From Blastocatellia bacterium (GTDB taxonomy: Bacteria; Acidobacteriota; Blastocatellia; UBA7656): a DNA stretch of 64,000 nucleotides. A program made the position numbers and the translations under genes. The stretch spans positions 9,430-73,429 of the forward strand of contig DATLWF010000196.1 in NCBI GenBank assembly GCA_035576605.1, in the 5' to 3' direction. Shown here in pieces: positions 17,013-27,386 of this stretch. Under the pieces are notes generated by a model. It ran no database searches and was not told where the DNA came from. It saw nothing but the letters and a program-made list of their open reading frames with translations. Numbering within the stretch: position 1 is the first letter of the stretch; each line of letters begins with the position of its first letter.

Positions 17013-19019
17013 CTAGGGTAAGCCTTGAAGAGCCCGCATCGACGCCCTCTCAACCACTTCAAGATCCGCGCCGATATCGCGGCCATTCGTCCCCGCGTTC
17101 TTGTAGGGACTGGTGTTTGCGAGCCGATAGTTTCGACTCCCTTTATCGACGAAGCCTACGTCATCGAGCGTGGCTGGATAGTAGTTCTTCCTGGGATATT
17201 TGGAGCTTTGGCCGCCAACTATCACGTTTCTTTTTAACGATGATGCAGGAAAGTATTTATCAATCGACAAAACTCCGGCGCTCGAACCGTCTCCGATGAT
17301 CCCATAGTCATTGTGAGGAGCAATATTATTGGTGAATACAAATCCTTGATTCGGCACTCCGTAGGCAGTGATGATATTGCCCGTTTGAAGGATCGTATTG
17401 TGATCCACCCTCACATCAACGGTTTCTGTAATTTGCAGGAACCTGCCATTGCCTCCCCACTGGCTGCCCCCGACGTCGTCGAAGACATTGCCGGTGATCT
17501 CGACTCCCGTTACCTGTTCGCTAGGGTGGAGATTATCTCGTCCGAGAATATTGATCCCGGCAGCGGTGTGACGAAGGATGTTGTTGGTAAAGCTGACACC
17601 TTCGACTACCGACCATGGGGCGGCGCCATCCTGATTGCGAACCGTAAACAAGACGCCGAATCCGCTTTGAGCGTCCACCCAGTTATTCTCAAATACATTC
17701 CCGTCAATGCGGACTCGACGCGCATTCTTTAGCTCGAACAAATTCTTAACGGACCATCGTGTGCCTGAGTCGGGCGGAGCCGAATCCTGGCGCGCTGATG
17801 ATGAATCTCCAACATCATTAAATGAAGAAGCGCTGGTGGAATAGTAGACCCAACTCCTGGTCGGCGAACTCGGCGGATCGCTTGTTCTGTAAACGCGAAA
17901 CTCGGTTGCGAAGTCACCTTGCGACCAGGCCAGGTTAGACGCGGTCTGAGCTGGCGTGAGCGTTACCGATGTTTCGTCAGAACCGATAGAGTTGGCTATC
18001 GCAGAGTAACCCGCTCGGCCGCGGGCGCTTATTCGGTAGTAATATGTGCTTCCAGCCACAAGAGCGCCGGCGCTGTCACTTCCCGTGGCGACAACTCCCG
18101 TCGGTTTGGCGAAGATCCCTTCCTTCCACTTAAGTGGCTTAGCGCAGTGATTATTGCGAAACTCGATATCCGCCGGCACAAGGTACGGGATCTTAGGATC
18201 GGAGCCCCCGAAAAGAACGTTCTCTCCGGCAGCTTCGAGATAGTTGTTGATGATATTGAAAGGACCGGGCCCGTTCCACCCCGCAATAGCCTGAGTGTCG
18301 AAACCCAGACCGTGACAATCGGAAATGTAGGAGTTGACAATATCGGTTCTCGCGCTGTTGAGGGCTATGCCGCGCGATACGTCCGACGTCGGGTTCCCGT
18401 GAATGTAGCAGCGGTCAATAACCAGGTCGTGCGGCAACAACGTCGAGTCCGTTTCGGTACCTTCACCGAACCTGATGATTCCATAGTTAAGCATCACGTC
18501 GAGACCGATCGTGAACTCTATACCCTCGAAGCGATAGTGGTGGGCGCCGGACAGGGTCATTAAGACAGGTTGAGAATTAGGGCTCTCCAGCGTAGCCATC
18601 GCCGTCGCATCAGCAGGAGTCACCCGCACGCCTTCCGGTGGCAGCGTCTCGTCGAGAGCCGACGAGCGAATCGTGATCCAGTCCGACCCTGCGCCGGCTT
18701 TTGTCTTCTCGGGCAAAAAGAAATTACCGCGCAGGAGAGCGCCCGCTTGCAACGTAATGACATCCCCGGGATTGGCCAGGATGAGAGACGCTTGAAAGTC
18801 TTCGCTTGTCGCAACATCGTATTTTCGCAGGGACTCGCGTCGCAATGCCGGCTGCGATAATCGGCCTCCTGTACGAGCGAGCGCCGTAGAATAAGGCAGC
18901 GGTTCGAGAACGAAAACAGCTAATGTGACCGCCGCCAGTATGATTGATTTGCCGCGTTTGAGATATCGCCGGCGAACGGCTCTCCCAGGTAACACAAATG
19001 TCCACATTGAAACACCCAA
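17013..19019 (-). CDS. Right-handed parallel beta-helix repeat protein (paralog 1), signal-anchored
   Basis: IDRCYIHGNPTSDVSRGIALNS, AIAGWNGPGPFNIINNYLEAAGENVLFGG and repeated N-x-x-H/N beta-helix rungs. About 55-60% identity to CDS 31351..33132 and to the N-terminal 500 aa of CDS 51831..55115. The track start at 19019 is TTG; alternative ATG at 19007. Confidence 0.7.
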   Translation of the reverse strand: MGVSMWTFVLPGRAVRRRYLKRGKSIILAAVTLAVFVLEPLPYSTALARTGGRLSQPALRRESLRKYDVATSEDFQASLILANPGDVITLQAGALLRGNFFLPEKTKAGAGSDWITIRSSALDETLPPEGVRVTPADATAMATLESPNSQPVLMTLSGAHHYRFEGIEFTIGLDVMLNYGIIRFGEGTETDSTLLPHDLVIDRCYIHGNPTSDVSRGIALNSARTDIVNSYISDCHGLGFDTQAIAGWNGPGPFNIINNYLEAAGENVLFGGSDPKIPYLVPADIEFRNNHCAKPLKWKEGIFAKPTGVVATGSDSAGALVAGSTYYYRISARGRAGYSAIANSIGSDETSVTLTPAQTASNLAWSQGDFATEFRVYRTSDPPSSPTRSWVYYSTSASSFNDVGDSSSARQDSAPPDSGTRWSVKNLFELKNARRVRIDGNVFENNWVDAQSGFGVLFTVRNQDGAAPWSVVEGVSFTNNILRHTAAGINILGRDNLHPSEQVTGVEITGNVFDDVGGSQWGGNGRFLQITETVDVRVDHNTILQTGNIITAYGVPNQGFVFTNNIAPHNDYGIIGDGSSAGVLSIDKYFPASSLKRNVIVGGQSSKYPRKNYYPATLDDVGFVDKGSRNYRLANTSPYKNAGTNGRDIGADLEVVERASMRALQGLP

Positions 19020-19044
19020 CGTTTGAAGCTGACGCTGACGTCGA

Positions 19045-20244
19045 CTAGCTCGCTGCTACGGCAACTTCGTCTCGGAACTTTTCTTCCACTCCGGAGTGCA
19101 TGATCGAACGCAGCCAGTAATCTCTGTACAAACCGGGATCTCCACCATGCCCTTCGACTGCCGCCATAACCATGTTGAACGCCTCTCGGGCGGTCGCGAA
19201 ACGGATGCTGCATTGATCATTTAGTTCCGCCATTTCAAGAAGCTCTCCAAGGAAGCGACGTATCGGCTCGCCGAGAAGTGTTTCTTGATCCGATGGAAAA
19301 AACGCATGGCAGTAGAGCTTGATGAACACCCATTCGGGTCTTCCTTTTACGCCTATATCAGCTCCGCACCAGCGGTCGAACCGTTCAACATTCGGCATGT
19401 AATTCGACGCCAGAACGCCACCATCAACCCGAGGGATGGGTAGCCCACAAATGCGACGCCGCCAATCAAAGACAAGTGGTCCGGTAAATAATACCGGCAA
19501 GATCGGTTTTTCGCCAATACGCAAGGTTTTGCCACAGGAGTGTGGACTTCTTTCATTTAGCGGGCGACCGCATTGGTAGATGGCGTTGATGTGACCTACC
19601 TGGGATTCGTCCGGCCAGGACGGAAGCGTGAAGTCAGCATAACAACCCGTCTCTGCTAAGATCTTCATCTCTGAATCCACGCCGCAAAATCTCCCCCCGG
19701 CCGAGTTCGCCAATGCCAGATTGCCGTGCACGAATGCATACATTGGCGAGGTATCATTGTATCTGCGGGACAGCAATCTGTGCTCTTCCGCAAGGACGTC
19801 TCGAAGATCCTGAAGCGTCTTCCTGAGATTCTCCTCGTTATCCGGCTTTTCTACGCCATGATGCAGATGGATCTCAACGTCGCCGAAGTCATCCATTTGC
19901 AACTCCGCCAACGTATCCAGAAAGCCCGAGTGATACTGTTCGATCGGATAAAAATAAGTGTACCGAAATGACTTTCCGTCGCAGTCGCGAAACGCGTTAC
20001 CAAGCGAGCGAGCCCGTTTACACCAGTTCTCGACTCGAGATGCCACCGTCTTCCAGTCCAGCGTCAGAGCTCTCTCGTTCCATCCCGGTTCGAAGTGATT
20101 GGCTACTACAAAGATGAAGTGTTTCGGACCGGTTTTTTCAGTAATCCGACGCACGACTTCCCGAAGACGCCACATTGGATAGCGTGTAAGCCAGGGCAGC
20201 GACCACCTCAGCTTCAACATCAGTCCCGGGCGATCTGATCTCAT
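19045..20244 (-). CDS. Hypothetical protein (conserved-looking, unassigned)
   Basis: 399-aa ORF with ATG at 20244 and RBS GAAGGA. High coding GC bias. No recognised motif. Confidence 0.4.
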   Translation of the reverse strand: MRSDRPGLMLKLRWSLPWLTRYPMWRLREVVRRITEKTGPKHFIFVVANHFEPGWNERALTLDWKTVASRVENWCKRARSLGNAFRDCDGKSFRYTYFYPIEQYHSGFLDTLAELQMDDFGDVEIHLHHGVEKPDNEENLRKTLQDLRDVLAEEHRLLSRRYNDTSPMYAFVHGNLALANSAGGRFCGVDSEMKILAETGCYADFTLPSWPDESQVGHINAIYQCGRPLNERSPHSCGKTLRIGEKPILPVLFTGPLVFDWRRRICGLPIPRVDGGVLASNYMPNVERFDRWCGADIGVKGRPEWVFIKLYCHAFFPSDQETLLGEPIRRFLGELLEMAELNDQCSIRFATAREAFNMVMAAVEGHGGDPGLYRDYWLRSIMHSGVEEKFRDEVAVAAS

Positions 20245-20310
20245 ACTTGATAGTCCTTCGCTCGCCGAAAATGGGAAGCCGTTGATTAACGTTTTGCTGC
20301 AATGGCCGGG

Positions 20311-21519
20311 TTATTGGAATTCCGTCATCGGGGCTTCACGCCCTACTGCCGCACGATGTGGTGGTTGTCTAAGTTGCCGGCCTGTTTCGGAATAAAGCTT
20401 CAGCCACTCACTTTTGACCGCGTTCCATTGGTACTTCTTGCATTCCTGTCGTGCCTTGCCCGTTATCTTCCACGCCAGCGTTTTGTCCTCGAGCAATCGA
20501 AGGGCGCTCTCGGCCATAGCCTCATAGTCGCCACAGCGCACCATCAGTCCGCTGCGCTTATCGTCCACGATGTAAGGAATGCCGCCGGCGTCCGTCGTCA
20601 CCACCGGGAGACCCGAGGCAAACGCCTCGATTATGGACCCCGGCATATTGTCGATGTTGGGGCTGTTGAGGTAAACATCCGCCACAAGATAGAGCGCATG
20701 CATTTGTTCGGGAGCAACACGCCCGGTGAACTCGACATTACGAAGCTTCAGTTCATTCGCCAGAGCCTCCAACTCACCGCGCTGACTTCCATCGCCCGCA
20801 ACAATCAATTTCGCGTCGGGCCATCGCCGCTGAATGATGGCAAAGGCGCGCAGCGTACATCCTACGTTGTAGAGCGGCTCGAAATTGCGGTTTGACAAGA
20901 ATACCGGTCGCAACGGGTTGCGTTCCCGAAACGAGAAATGATCCGTATCGACAAAGTTGGAAATCGGGCGACTCACAAGCTCAAATTGCGCGAGCACATC
21001 GACCAGATAACCTGAAGGCACAGCGATTTCATCGACTAAACGAATCGTAGGGATCGCGGTTCGACCCCAACGCCGCAAGTGGTCTGCCGCCTCCCCACTT
21101 CGATAGTTGAGTACTATTCGCTTGTCATACAGTTTGGCCACGAGAATGGCCGGTGTTGGAGCAAGCACGAAAGAAAGATAAGACGCAGAAAAAATATGTA
21201 TGATATCGTACCGACGAACTCGCGCGAGCAGTAATCCCCAATAGAGCAAAGACGTCAGGACTGTTCGAAGGTATTTGATTTCCTGAAGCCTTCCGAGCAG
21301 ACCAGGCAATTTCGGATTGACCGGCAGGAAGGCCACGTCGATAGAGGGCTCTTCACGAAGTCTCGCGAGTAGCCGGGCGGCCTGTATAGCCTGACCACCC
21401 AGTATGTCGAGCGACGGAGCTACAATCAGAACCCGCAACGTCTCTGCGGCCTTCCGCGATTTATCAATCGTCGGGAATTCCGGTGCTTTGCTCGTGTTTC
21501 TCTGGAACAAATTAATCAC
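20311..21519 (-). CDS. Glycosyltransferase family 4
   Basis: EAFASGLPVVTTDAGGIPYIVDD (GT4 E-x7-E region). GTG start at 21519. Confidence 0.8.
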   Translation of the reverse strand: MINLFQRNTSKAPEFPTIDKSRKAAETLRVLIVAPSLDILGGQAIQAARLLARLREEPSIDVAFLPVNPKLPGLLGRLQEIKYLRTVLTSLLYWGLLLARVRRYDIIHIFSASYLSFVLAPTPAILVAKLYDKRIVLNYRSGEAADHLRRWGRTAIPTIRLVDEIAVPSGYLVDVLAQFELVSRPISNFVDTDHFSFRERNPLRPVFLSNRNFEPLYNVGCTLRAFAIIQRRWPDAKLIVAGDGSQRGELEALANELKLRNVEFTGRVAPEQMHALYLVADVYLNSPNIDNMPGSIIEAFASGLPVVTTDAGGIPYIVDDKRSGLMVRCGDYEAMAESALRLLEDKTLAWKITGKARQECKKYQWNAVKSEWLKLYSETGRQLRQPPHRAAVGREAPMTEFQ

Positions 21520-21542
21520 TAAGATTCAACCTCGTCCATGGG

Positions 21543-22730
21543 CTATTGGACGCCCTGGTCACCTGCTCCCGCCGTAGCGACCTTGGCGGGTACGGTAATC
21601 TGCTCCGGTTCAGTAATCAAAGAAGTTATCCCGGGAGTTGGTTCGAATTGGCCCTGCGCTAACGTGACCGGAAGACGTTTGCCCCCGAAGATCTTTCTAT
21701 CCAGTCTCTGCCGCAACTTCAATGATGGGCGCTCTATTAAGTAGTACGATGCGATGGACAACAGGATGACCAAAATGATGTTTACAGGGAACTGAGAGGC
21801 TGGAGACGCCGAGCCTCGATTGAGAAATATCTGCTGCCAGAGATAAATTGAATAACTCATCACGCCGACGAAAACCATTGGCGCGGAGTTAAGGAACCTT
21901 CCGAACCGGCCCGCATGATAGGTCACACACCAGTCGATGCACAAAGCCGTCCCGATGATCGTGACTGTGTAGCCCAGGAAAAAATAAATCCTGGGGCGCT
22001 CGTGCAGGGCATTGGCGAAGAGAACCGCCATCGGTATTAAGATGAAAAGCCTGGAGGCCAGCAATCTGTTATAACTCGACTGGCGTTTGAGCCAATCGCG
22101 AGTGCCCGCCAATATGCATCCAATTGCGATCGCGTCTGCAACAGTCTCAAACCTAACGCCGATGCCCGATCGAGTCTCCGGCAAAAACTGCCACATGCCC
22201 AGTCGAATCAATGGGCAAAGGACAATCAATAACGCTGCCCCATATAGTCCTCGACGTTTGCCAGTGATGAGCAGGGCCGCAGGCCACAATAAGTAGAACT
22301 GCTCCTCAACTGCCAACGACCAGGTGTGCCCCAAGTACCAGGATCGATCTGGATTATAGTTCGAAGTGTACGTCAACGCGTGTAATACGTCGCCGTCGTT
22401 TAGTACGATCAAGCCCGCCGATTGCAAAAAGATCAGCGCAAGTATTAGAACATAGTAAGGAGGGAAAATTCTGAAAGTACGCCTGAAATAAAATTTTGGC
22501 AGGTTTATGGTTCCTCCCGTTTCCAGTTCCTGAAGAAGGAGATTGGTAATTAGGAAACCTGAAATCACGAAAAACACTCTAACGCCAAGCTCCCCAAGCC
22601 CCAGAGCATTTGCGAAACTCGCCGGTACAAAAGAGTATTGGGTGCCGGCCAAATGGTGTATCAATACCAGCACTATTGAGATAGCGCGAAGCCCGTCAAG
22701 CGAGGGTACTCGATTGCTCTGAACTTTCAT
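21543..22730 (-). CDS. Acyltransferase family 3 (membrane O-acyltransferase)
   Basis: LDGLRAISIVLVLIHH N-terminal motif and about 10 TM segments. ATG at 22730 with RBS GGGAGG preferred over the track start 22781. Confidence 0.75.
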   Translation of the reverse strand: MKVQSNRVPSLDGLRAISIVLVLIHHLAGTQYSFVPASFANALGLGELGVRVFFVISGFLITNLLLQELETGGTINLPKFYFRRTFRIFPPYYVLILALIFLQSAGLIVLNDGDVLHALTYTSNYNPDRSWYLGHTWSLAVEEQFYLLWPAALLITGKRRGLYGAALLIVLCPLIRLGMWQFLPETRSGIGVRFETVADAIAIGCILAGTRDWLKRQSSYNRLLASRLFILIPMAVLFANALHERPRIYFFLGYTVTIIGTALCIDWCVTYHAGRFGRFLNSAPMVFVGVMSYSIYLWQQIFLNRGSASPASQFPVNIILVILLSIASYYLIERPSLKLRQRLDRKIFGGKRLPVTLAQGQFEPTPGITSLITEPEQITVPAKVATAGAGDQGVQ

Positions 22731-22793
22731 GTCGCCTCCCACGTCGTCAGTTAGTCTCTGCAGGCAGTAAGCAGGACACATAGGCCGAATAAT

Positions 22794-23993
22794 TCATCGC
22801 TGTGCCTCGAATGAAACATTGGAACTCTTCTTCAGGGTTTGCGACGCAATCGAGCGCGCGGTGGTAAGCAGCCAGTCGTACAGCTCTTGAGTTCTTTCAA
22901 GCTGCGCCTCACATGAAAACTTCTCTTCAATTACCTGCCGGCCTCGCTTACCCATCGCGCGTGCTAATGAGGGATCCCGCAGCAGAGCGACGATACGGTC
23001 TGCCATCGCCGCATCATCATCCGACCGCACCAGATAACCGGTCTGCCTATCGACAATCGCTTCGCGAGCCCCTCCAACATCCGTCGCTACGACCGGGCGT
23101 GCGGCAGCCATATATTCGAGAATCGAATTTGAAAATCCTTCAGCTGTCGAAGAGAGCACGCATACATCGGATAAACCGAGCAAATCACCTATGCGATCGC
23201 AGCGTCCGATGAAAAACACTTTGCCGCCTAGTCCAAGACCCTCAACCATCGCGCGCATTGATGTCATCAACTCACCCTCTCCGGCAACAACAAATCTAGT
23301 GCGCGGCAGGGCCTGACTTACAGTGCGTGCGGCTCGCAAGAACATCGAATGGTTCTTTACCGCATGCCTGAGGTTGGCCACAATTGTTACCAAAGGGGTG
23401 TTATCCCCGCAGGGCAGCTTGAAAGAAGCAAGAGCTTCCTCGCGCCTCAGGCACGAGCTTGAACTGACCCGACTGATGTCCAGGCTGTTGTAGATTACTG
23501 TTGTCTTTTCTTTGCGCACACCTTCGCTGATCAGTTGATTGCGCACAGCGTCGGCATTGGCAATCACTTTATGCGAAAGATCGTAGGCACGCCGTTCAAC
23601 AAACCTCTGTACATCAGTGCGCCAACCAGTAGTTTCGCGCCGCGATGCTACACGCGCGGACACGCGTGCGAGCATCGCGGCCGGCATTCCGAATACGTTT
23701 GTGTAGAAGTCGTGCGTATGGACGACGTCGATTTCGCGCTCCCGCAGGAATTGAGCGAAACGGCGAAGCTGCTTGAAAGCGTTGCGATCGTAAAAGCTCG
23801 TCAACCGGAACTCTGGAATTTCTGCAAAGCCGGCCCTCGCCGCCTCGGCTCGCAAAACGCCGCTCGCATCCAGACAAGCGATATGCACACCATAGCTCCC
23901 ATTTTCTTTGAGCAGACGCGCAAGTTGGACAGCCTGACGTTCCGAGCCACCTTCATGAAAGCTTCCGATTAGTTGCAGAACGTTTCGCTTCAT
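22794..23993 (-). CDS. Glycosyltransferase family 4
   Basis: TSTAEGFSNSILEYMAAARPVVATDVGGAREAIVD. ATG 23993 (MKRNVLQLIGSF), 20 nt after the AsnB-like stop, preferred over the upstream in-frame start at 24053. Confidence 0.8.
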   Translation of the reverse strand: MKRNVLQLIGSFHEGGSERQAVQLARLLKENGSYGVHIACLDASGVLRAEAARAGFAEIPEFRLTSFYDRNAFKQLRRFAQFLREREIDVVHTHDFYTNVFGMPAAMLARVSARVASRRETTGWRTDVQRFVERRAYDLSHKVIANADAVRNQLISEGVRKEKTTVIYNSLDISRVSSSSCLRREEALASFKLPCGDNTPLVTIVANLRHAVKNHSMFLRAARTVSQALPRTRFVVAGEGELMTSMRAMVEGLGLGGKVFFIGRCDRIGDLLGLSDVCVLSSTAEGFSNSILEYMAAARPVVATDVGGAREAIVDRQTGYLVRSDDDAAMADRIVALLRDPSLARAMGKRGRQVIEEKFSCEAQLERTQELYDWLLTTARSIASQTLKKSSNVSFEAQR

Positions 23994-24012
23994 TGAACCG
24001 CTTTCACCTCTC

Positions 24013-25950
24013 CTATGCCGCCGGCTGAGATTCACCTCTTTCGCCCGGACCATCCTTTAATGTGAGAACCATTCGCGCACCGCTTGTGGTCGGGTCAATC
24101 CCCTCTCGCTCGCACCTAAGCCATTTCTCAAGCACAAATAGATACCAAAGTTGTTTCGGCGCCGATCCTCGCCGCGCCGCCTCTTCCAACTCAGAGAGTG
24201 CGGCGGTCGAATTTATCCAGCCCTCCGTCGCTAACAACGAATCGGTGAAGCTTTGCTTCACGCGATCGTGCCACCGTCCGACAATCCATCGATGGACGGG
24301 AATGCCAAATCCGCGCTTGCGGCCCTGCGCAACCTGATCGCCGATCCTTCTCCGCGCCAGCTCGCGCAATATCGCCTTCGAGAGGCCGCCACGAAGGCGC
24401 ACATCAAACGGGAGCGACGCTGCAAACTCCCAGAGTCGGTGATCGAGAAAAGGTGACCGCGCCTCCACGGAATGATGCATCGTCGCGCCGTCGACCTTTG
24501 TCAGGTACTCGCCGACAAACCGCATTCGGCGGTCATAGCGCAGGAATTCCGTCAGCAGGTTTCGGGCCGATAGCGGGGACCAGTCGATGCCGCGCTGATC
24601 TATGCTCCTCTCGCGAAGTCTGTCGCCGAGCACTCCACTTCTTTCATAAAAGGGTAGCCCATCATGAATCGTCGTCACTCCACCGAGTCCGCCCGTGGCG
24701 ACGTCCATGAAAGTCGCCGCCCGGCGCAAAGGTCCGATCCTGGGAAAGCTATCTCGAAGGCCCTGCCACAAACCGCTTGCACAATCCGGTAGAGCCCGGG
24801 CTAGTCGCTGGGCCATAAGGAAATGCCGGTGCTCCGGATAACCAAGAAAGACATCGTCACCTCCATCGCCGGTCAGAAGAACCTTGGCGGAGGCTCGGAC
24901 GGCGCGCGAAACGCTGAGCATGCCGAGCGCAGAGGCGCACGCGAATGGTTCGCCGAACGCAGAAGTAAGCTCGCTGACATCAGGTGCAGCCGTCGCGGAC
25001 ACAGGCAGTACGCGATGGCTTAAGTTGAGTGTTTTCGCCGTCGCGCGAGCGTCCTCACTCTCATCCCACGGATCGCCGGGCGTGCCCACGGTAAAGGCCG
25101 TTACATCACCGCCAAGCTTGGCCACGGCCCAACAGACAAGACTTGAATCAACACCGCCGCTAAGGAGCGCCCCGATTGGCACATCAGAACGGAGTCGAAT
25201 CTCTACCGCCTTCAGGAAGATCCTCTCCGTCTCTTCGACCGCTTCATCGAAAGTTAGAGCGCATTGCTGATCAACATCGGGCGGCGCCCAGTACTCTCGC
25301 GTTCGCAAAACGCCGTCGCACCACTCGACGATTGATGCGGCTGGTACTTTGATTGCCCCACGATAGATGGAGCGATCATCCGTCACAAATCCAAACTCGA
25401 GGTATTCTGCAACCGCCTTCTCATCAATGTCGTGGACGAACCCTCCAACACGCAATGCGCGCGCGGTCGAAGCGAAGACTAAACAGCCCTCCTGCACGGC
25501 ATAAAAGAGCGGCTTCACCCCGAGCCGGTCCCGAACAAGGAAAAGCCGACGCTTGTGGTCGTCCCACAACCCAAATGCGAACATCCCCCTCAGCTTCGAC
25601 ACCAAACCGTCGATACCCCATTCCTGATATCCTTGAATCAGCACTTCGGTGTCAGAACTGCTGGTAAAGCGGCAGCCAAGCGCAATCAACTCCTCTCGCA
25701 ACTCAAGATAGTTGTAGATCTCGCCGTTGAACGTGACCCCCACCCATCTATCCGTAGACAGCATCGGCTGCCGGCCCGTGTAGCCCAGATCGATGATTGC
25801 CAATCGCCGGTGACCTAACACCGCTTCGCTCCATACTTCGATTCCCTCGCCATCAGGCCCACGTCCTTCAAGCGAGCGCGTCATCTCAGTAACCGAGCGT
25901 GTCGCACTCTCGCGATCCTCGATTCCTACGTGTCCTGCGATTCCGCACAT
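24013..25950 (-). CDS. Asparagine synthetase-family amidotransferase 1 (glutamine-hydrolysing, AsnB-like)
   Basis: MCGIAGHVG N-terminal nucleophile at ATG 25950 (RBS GAAGG). PP-loop SGGVDSS. Confidence 0.85.
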   Translation of the reverse strand: MCGIAGHVGIEDRESATRSVTEMTRSLEGRGPDGEGIEVWSEAVLGHRRLAIIDLGYTGRQPMLSTDRWVGVTFNGEIYNYLELREELIALGCRFTSSSDTEVLIQGYQEWGIDGLVSKLRGMFAFGLWDDHKRRLFLVRDRLGVKPLFYAVQEGCLVFASTARALRVGGFVHDIDEKAVAEYLEFGFVTDDRSIYRGAIKVPAASIVEWCDGVLRTREYWAPPDVDQQCALTFDEAVEETERIFLKAVEIRLRSDVPIGALLSGGVDSSLVCWAVAKLGGDVTAFTVGTPGDPWDESEDARATAKTLNLSHRVLPVSATAAPDVSELTSAFGEPFACASALGMLSVSRAVRASAKVLLTGDGGDDVFLGYPEHRHFLMAQRLARALPDCASGLWQGLRDSFPRIGPLRRAATFMDVATGGLGGVTTIHDGLPFYERSGVLGDRLRERSIDQRGIDWSPLSARNLLTEFLRYDRRMRFVGEYLTKVDGATMHHSVEARSPFLDHRLWEFAASLPFDVRLRGGLSKAILRELARRRIGDQVAQGRKRGFGIPVHRWIVGRWHDRVKQSFTDSLLATEGWINSTAALSELEEAARRGSAPKQLWYLFVLEKWLRCEREGIDPTTSGARMVLTLKDGPGERGESQPAA

Positions 25951-25955
25951 AGCGA

Positions 25956-27386
25956 CTAACCTTCGGCCTGCTTCACCTTTGATTTCCGCGCGGCGCCCAG
26001 CCATCCGGCCGGATAGTTCCTATCGGTCGAGACTTCCAGCGACTCCAGCACCTGATTGGCCTTACCTTGCCCGAGATCTCCTGTGACTGTTACGTCGTTG
26101 GGGTTAGACAGAGTTATCGGCCAGCGAAACTGGGTGAACGACTCACGCGCGATCGGAATTCGATGAGGGTCGTAGCCGAGCAGGTGCGCTCCAACCCAAT
26201 CCACGGCGGCCGCGTTGTTGCCGCCAAAAATCAATCCCATTGGCAACGGCTTCGGGCAAAGCGGTCCGTCTCCCTGCCCGGCTATTACCGCATCTACGAG
26301 ATGAATAACCCGGCGCTGCAGCGCGTCGTCCAAACTTCCATCCGAACGTCCGTACAGGAGAACCCGATTGAGGTCCAATCCGGTTCGCCAGACGGTGTCG
26401 TTTCCCGACCAGGAGCCTTCAACTCCCAGACGATCTCCGCCGAGCGACGAAATGCGATTGAGATTCGTGGCAAATTCGCCCCACAGGCGAGCGGTAGCGA
26501 ATGACGACGCCATGTTCTGTCGGTCAAGTGTGTACTCGAGCGCGCGCTTGATCGGGTTTACGCCGGGATAACAATCACCACCTGTTTTAGAGCCTCCGAT
26601 GCGGTGATGCGGGAGGTATTCCTTGTTTCCGTTGATGCCGATCAGATTCTTGAGCGCGCAAGTGATGCCGGCTTTCTTATGCGTCTTTAGTTTCGGAAGG
26701 TTGATAATTACGTCTGCGTCTATCACCTCTCTCGCGACCAGATATTGGTGTCGGCGAGGTGAATGTGTCTTTGCCAACAGCCGAGGGTCGTAGCAGGTGA
26801 CCCGGAAGGAGTGCTCTTCATCGGTGACAGGTTCGAGCAAGCTCTCGCTTCCGAGATCGAATAGAAGGAATCGATCTTCCGCGACGAGGTTCTCCGACGC
26901 TAACCTCACGCCATTCACGAATTCGCACGTAGTCCTTCGGAAGTCGCGAACCCCTCGAAACCGCGCCTCCGTACTCATCAACTTGACAGCCCACTCGTCG
27001 AGACCGGTCACCCGTAAGAGTTCATCGAAATGACAACCCTGAACAGGGGCATCACCAACCAGGACTTCTGAGGCGGTTGATTGAAGGACGGCCGCAACTG
27101 TGGCCTGAATAAGAGAGGCGTGGGTAATCAGCGGCTCAATTCCCCACGGTCCTTCATTCTGATGCATTACCAGGTTTGGTTTGACAACCACACGGGCGCC
27201 ATTCGGGATGACCTTGCCGAAAGGGCCGTGCTGTTGATCTGACCAGCCAAGCGATTCTGCCGTCTGAGTAATCGCCCTTTCGGCGTCGGCCTGGGCGTCA
27301 ACCGATGAGTTCCGGTACCCGAGCGTCGAGGTTTTCGCGATCGCCACCCGTAAATCACGCAGAGTTTGCAGGGAAGTAGCGGTCAT
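25956..27386 (-). CDS. DUF362 domain protein
   Basis: VVKPNLV...INLPKLKTHKKAGITCALKNLIG signatures. ATG 27386 overlaps the TGA of the upstream CapK-like gene (ATGA). Confidence 0.6.
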   Translation of the reverse strand: MTATSLQTLRDLRVAIAKTSTLGYRNSSVDAQADAERAITQTAESLGWSDQQHGPFGKVIPNGARVVVKPNLVMHQNEGPWGIEPLITHASLIQATVAAVLQSTASEVLVGDAPVQGCHFDELLRVTGLDEWAVKLMSTEARFRGVRDFRRTTCEFVNGVRLASENLVAEDRFLLFDLGSESLLEPVTDEEHSFRVTCYDPRLLAKTHSPRRHQYLVAREVIDADVIINLPKLKTHKKAGITCALKNLIGINGNKEYLPHHRIGGSKTGGDCYPGVNPIKRALEYTLDRQNMASSFATARLWGEFATNLNRISSLGGDRLGVEGSWSGNDTVWRTGLDLNRVLLYGRSDGSLDDALQRRVIHLVDAVIAGQGDGPLCPKPLPMGLIFGGNNAAAVDWVGAHLLGYDPHRIPIARESFTQFRWPITLSNPNDVTVTGDLGQGKANQVLESLEVSTDRNYPAGWLGAARKSKVKQAEG

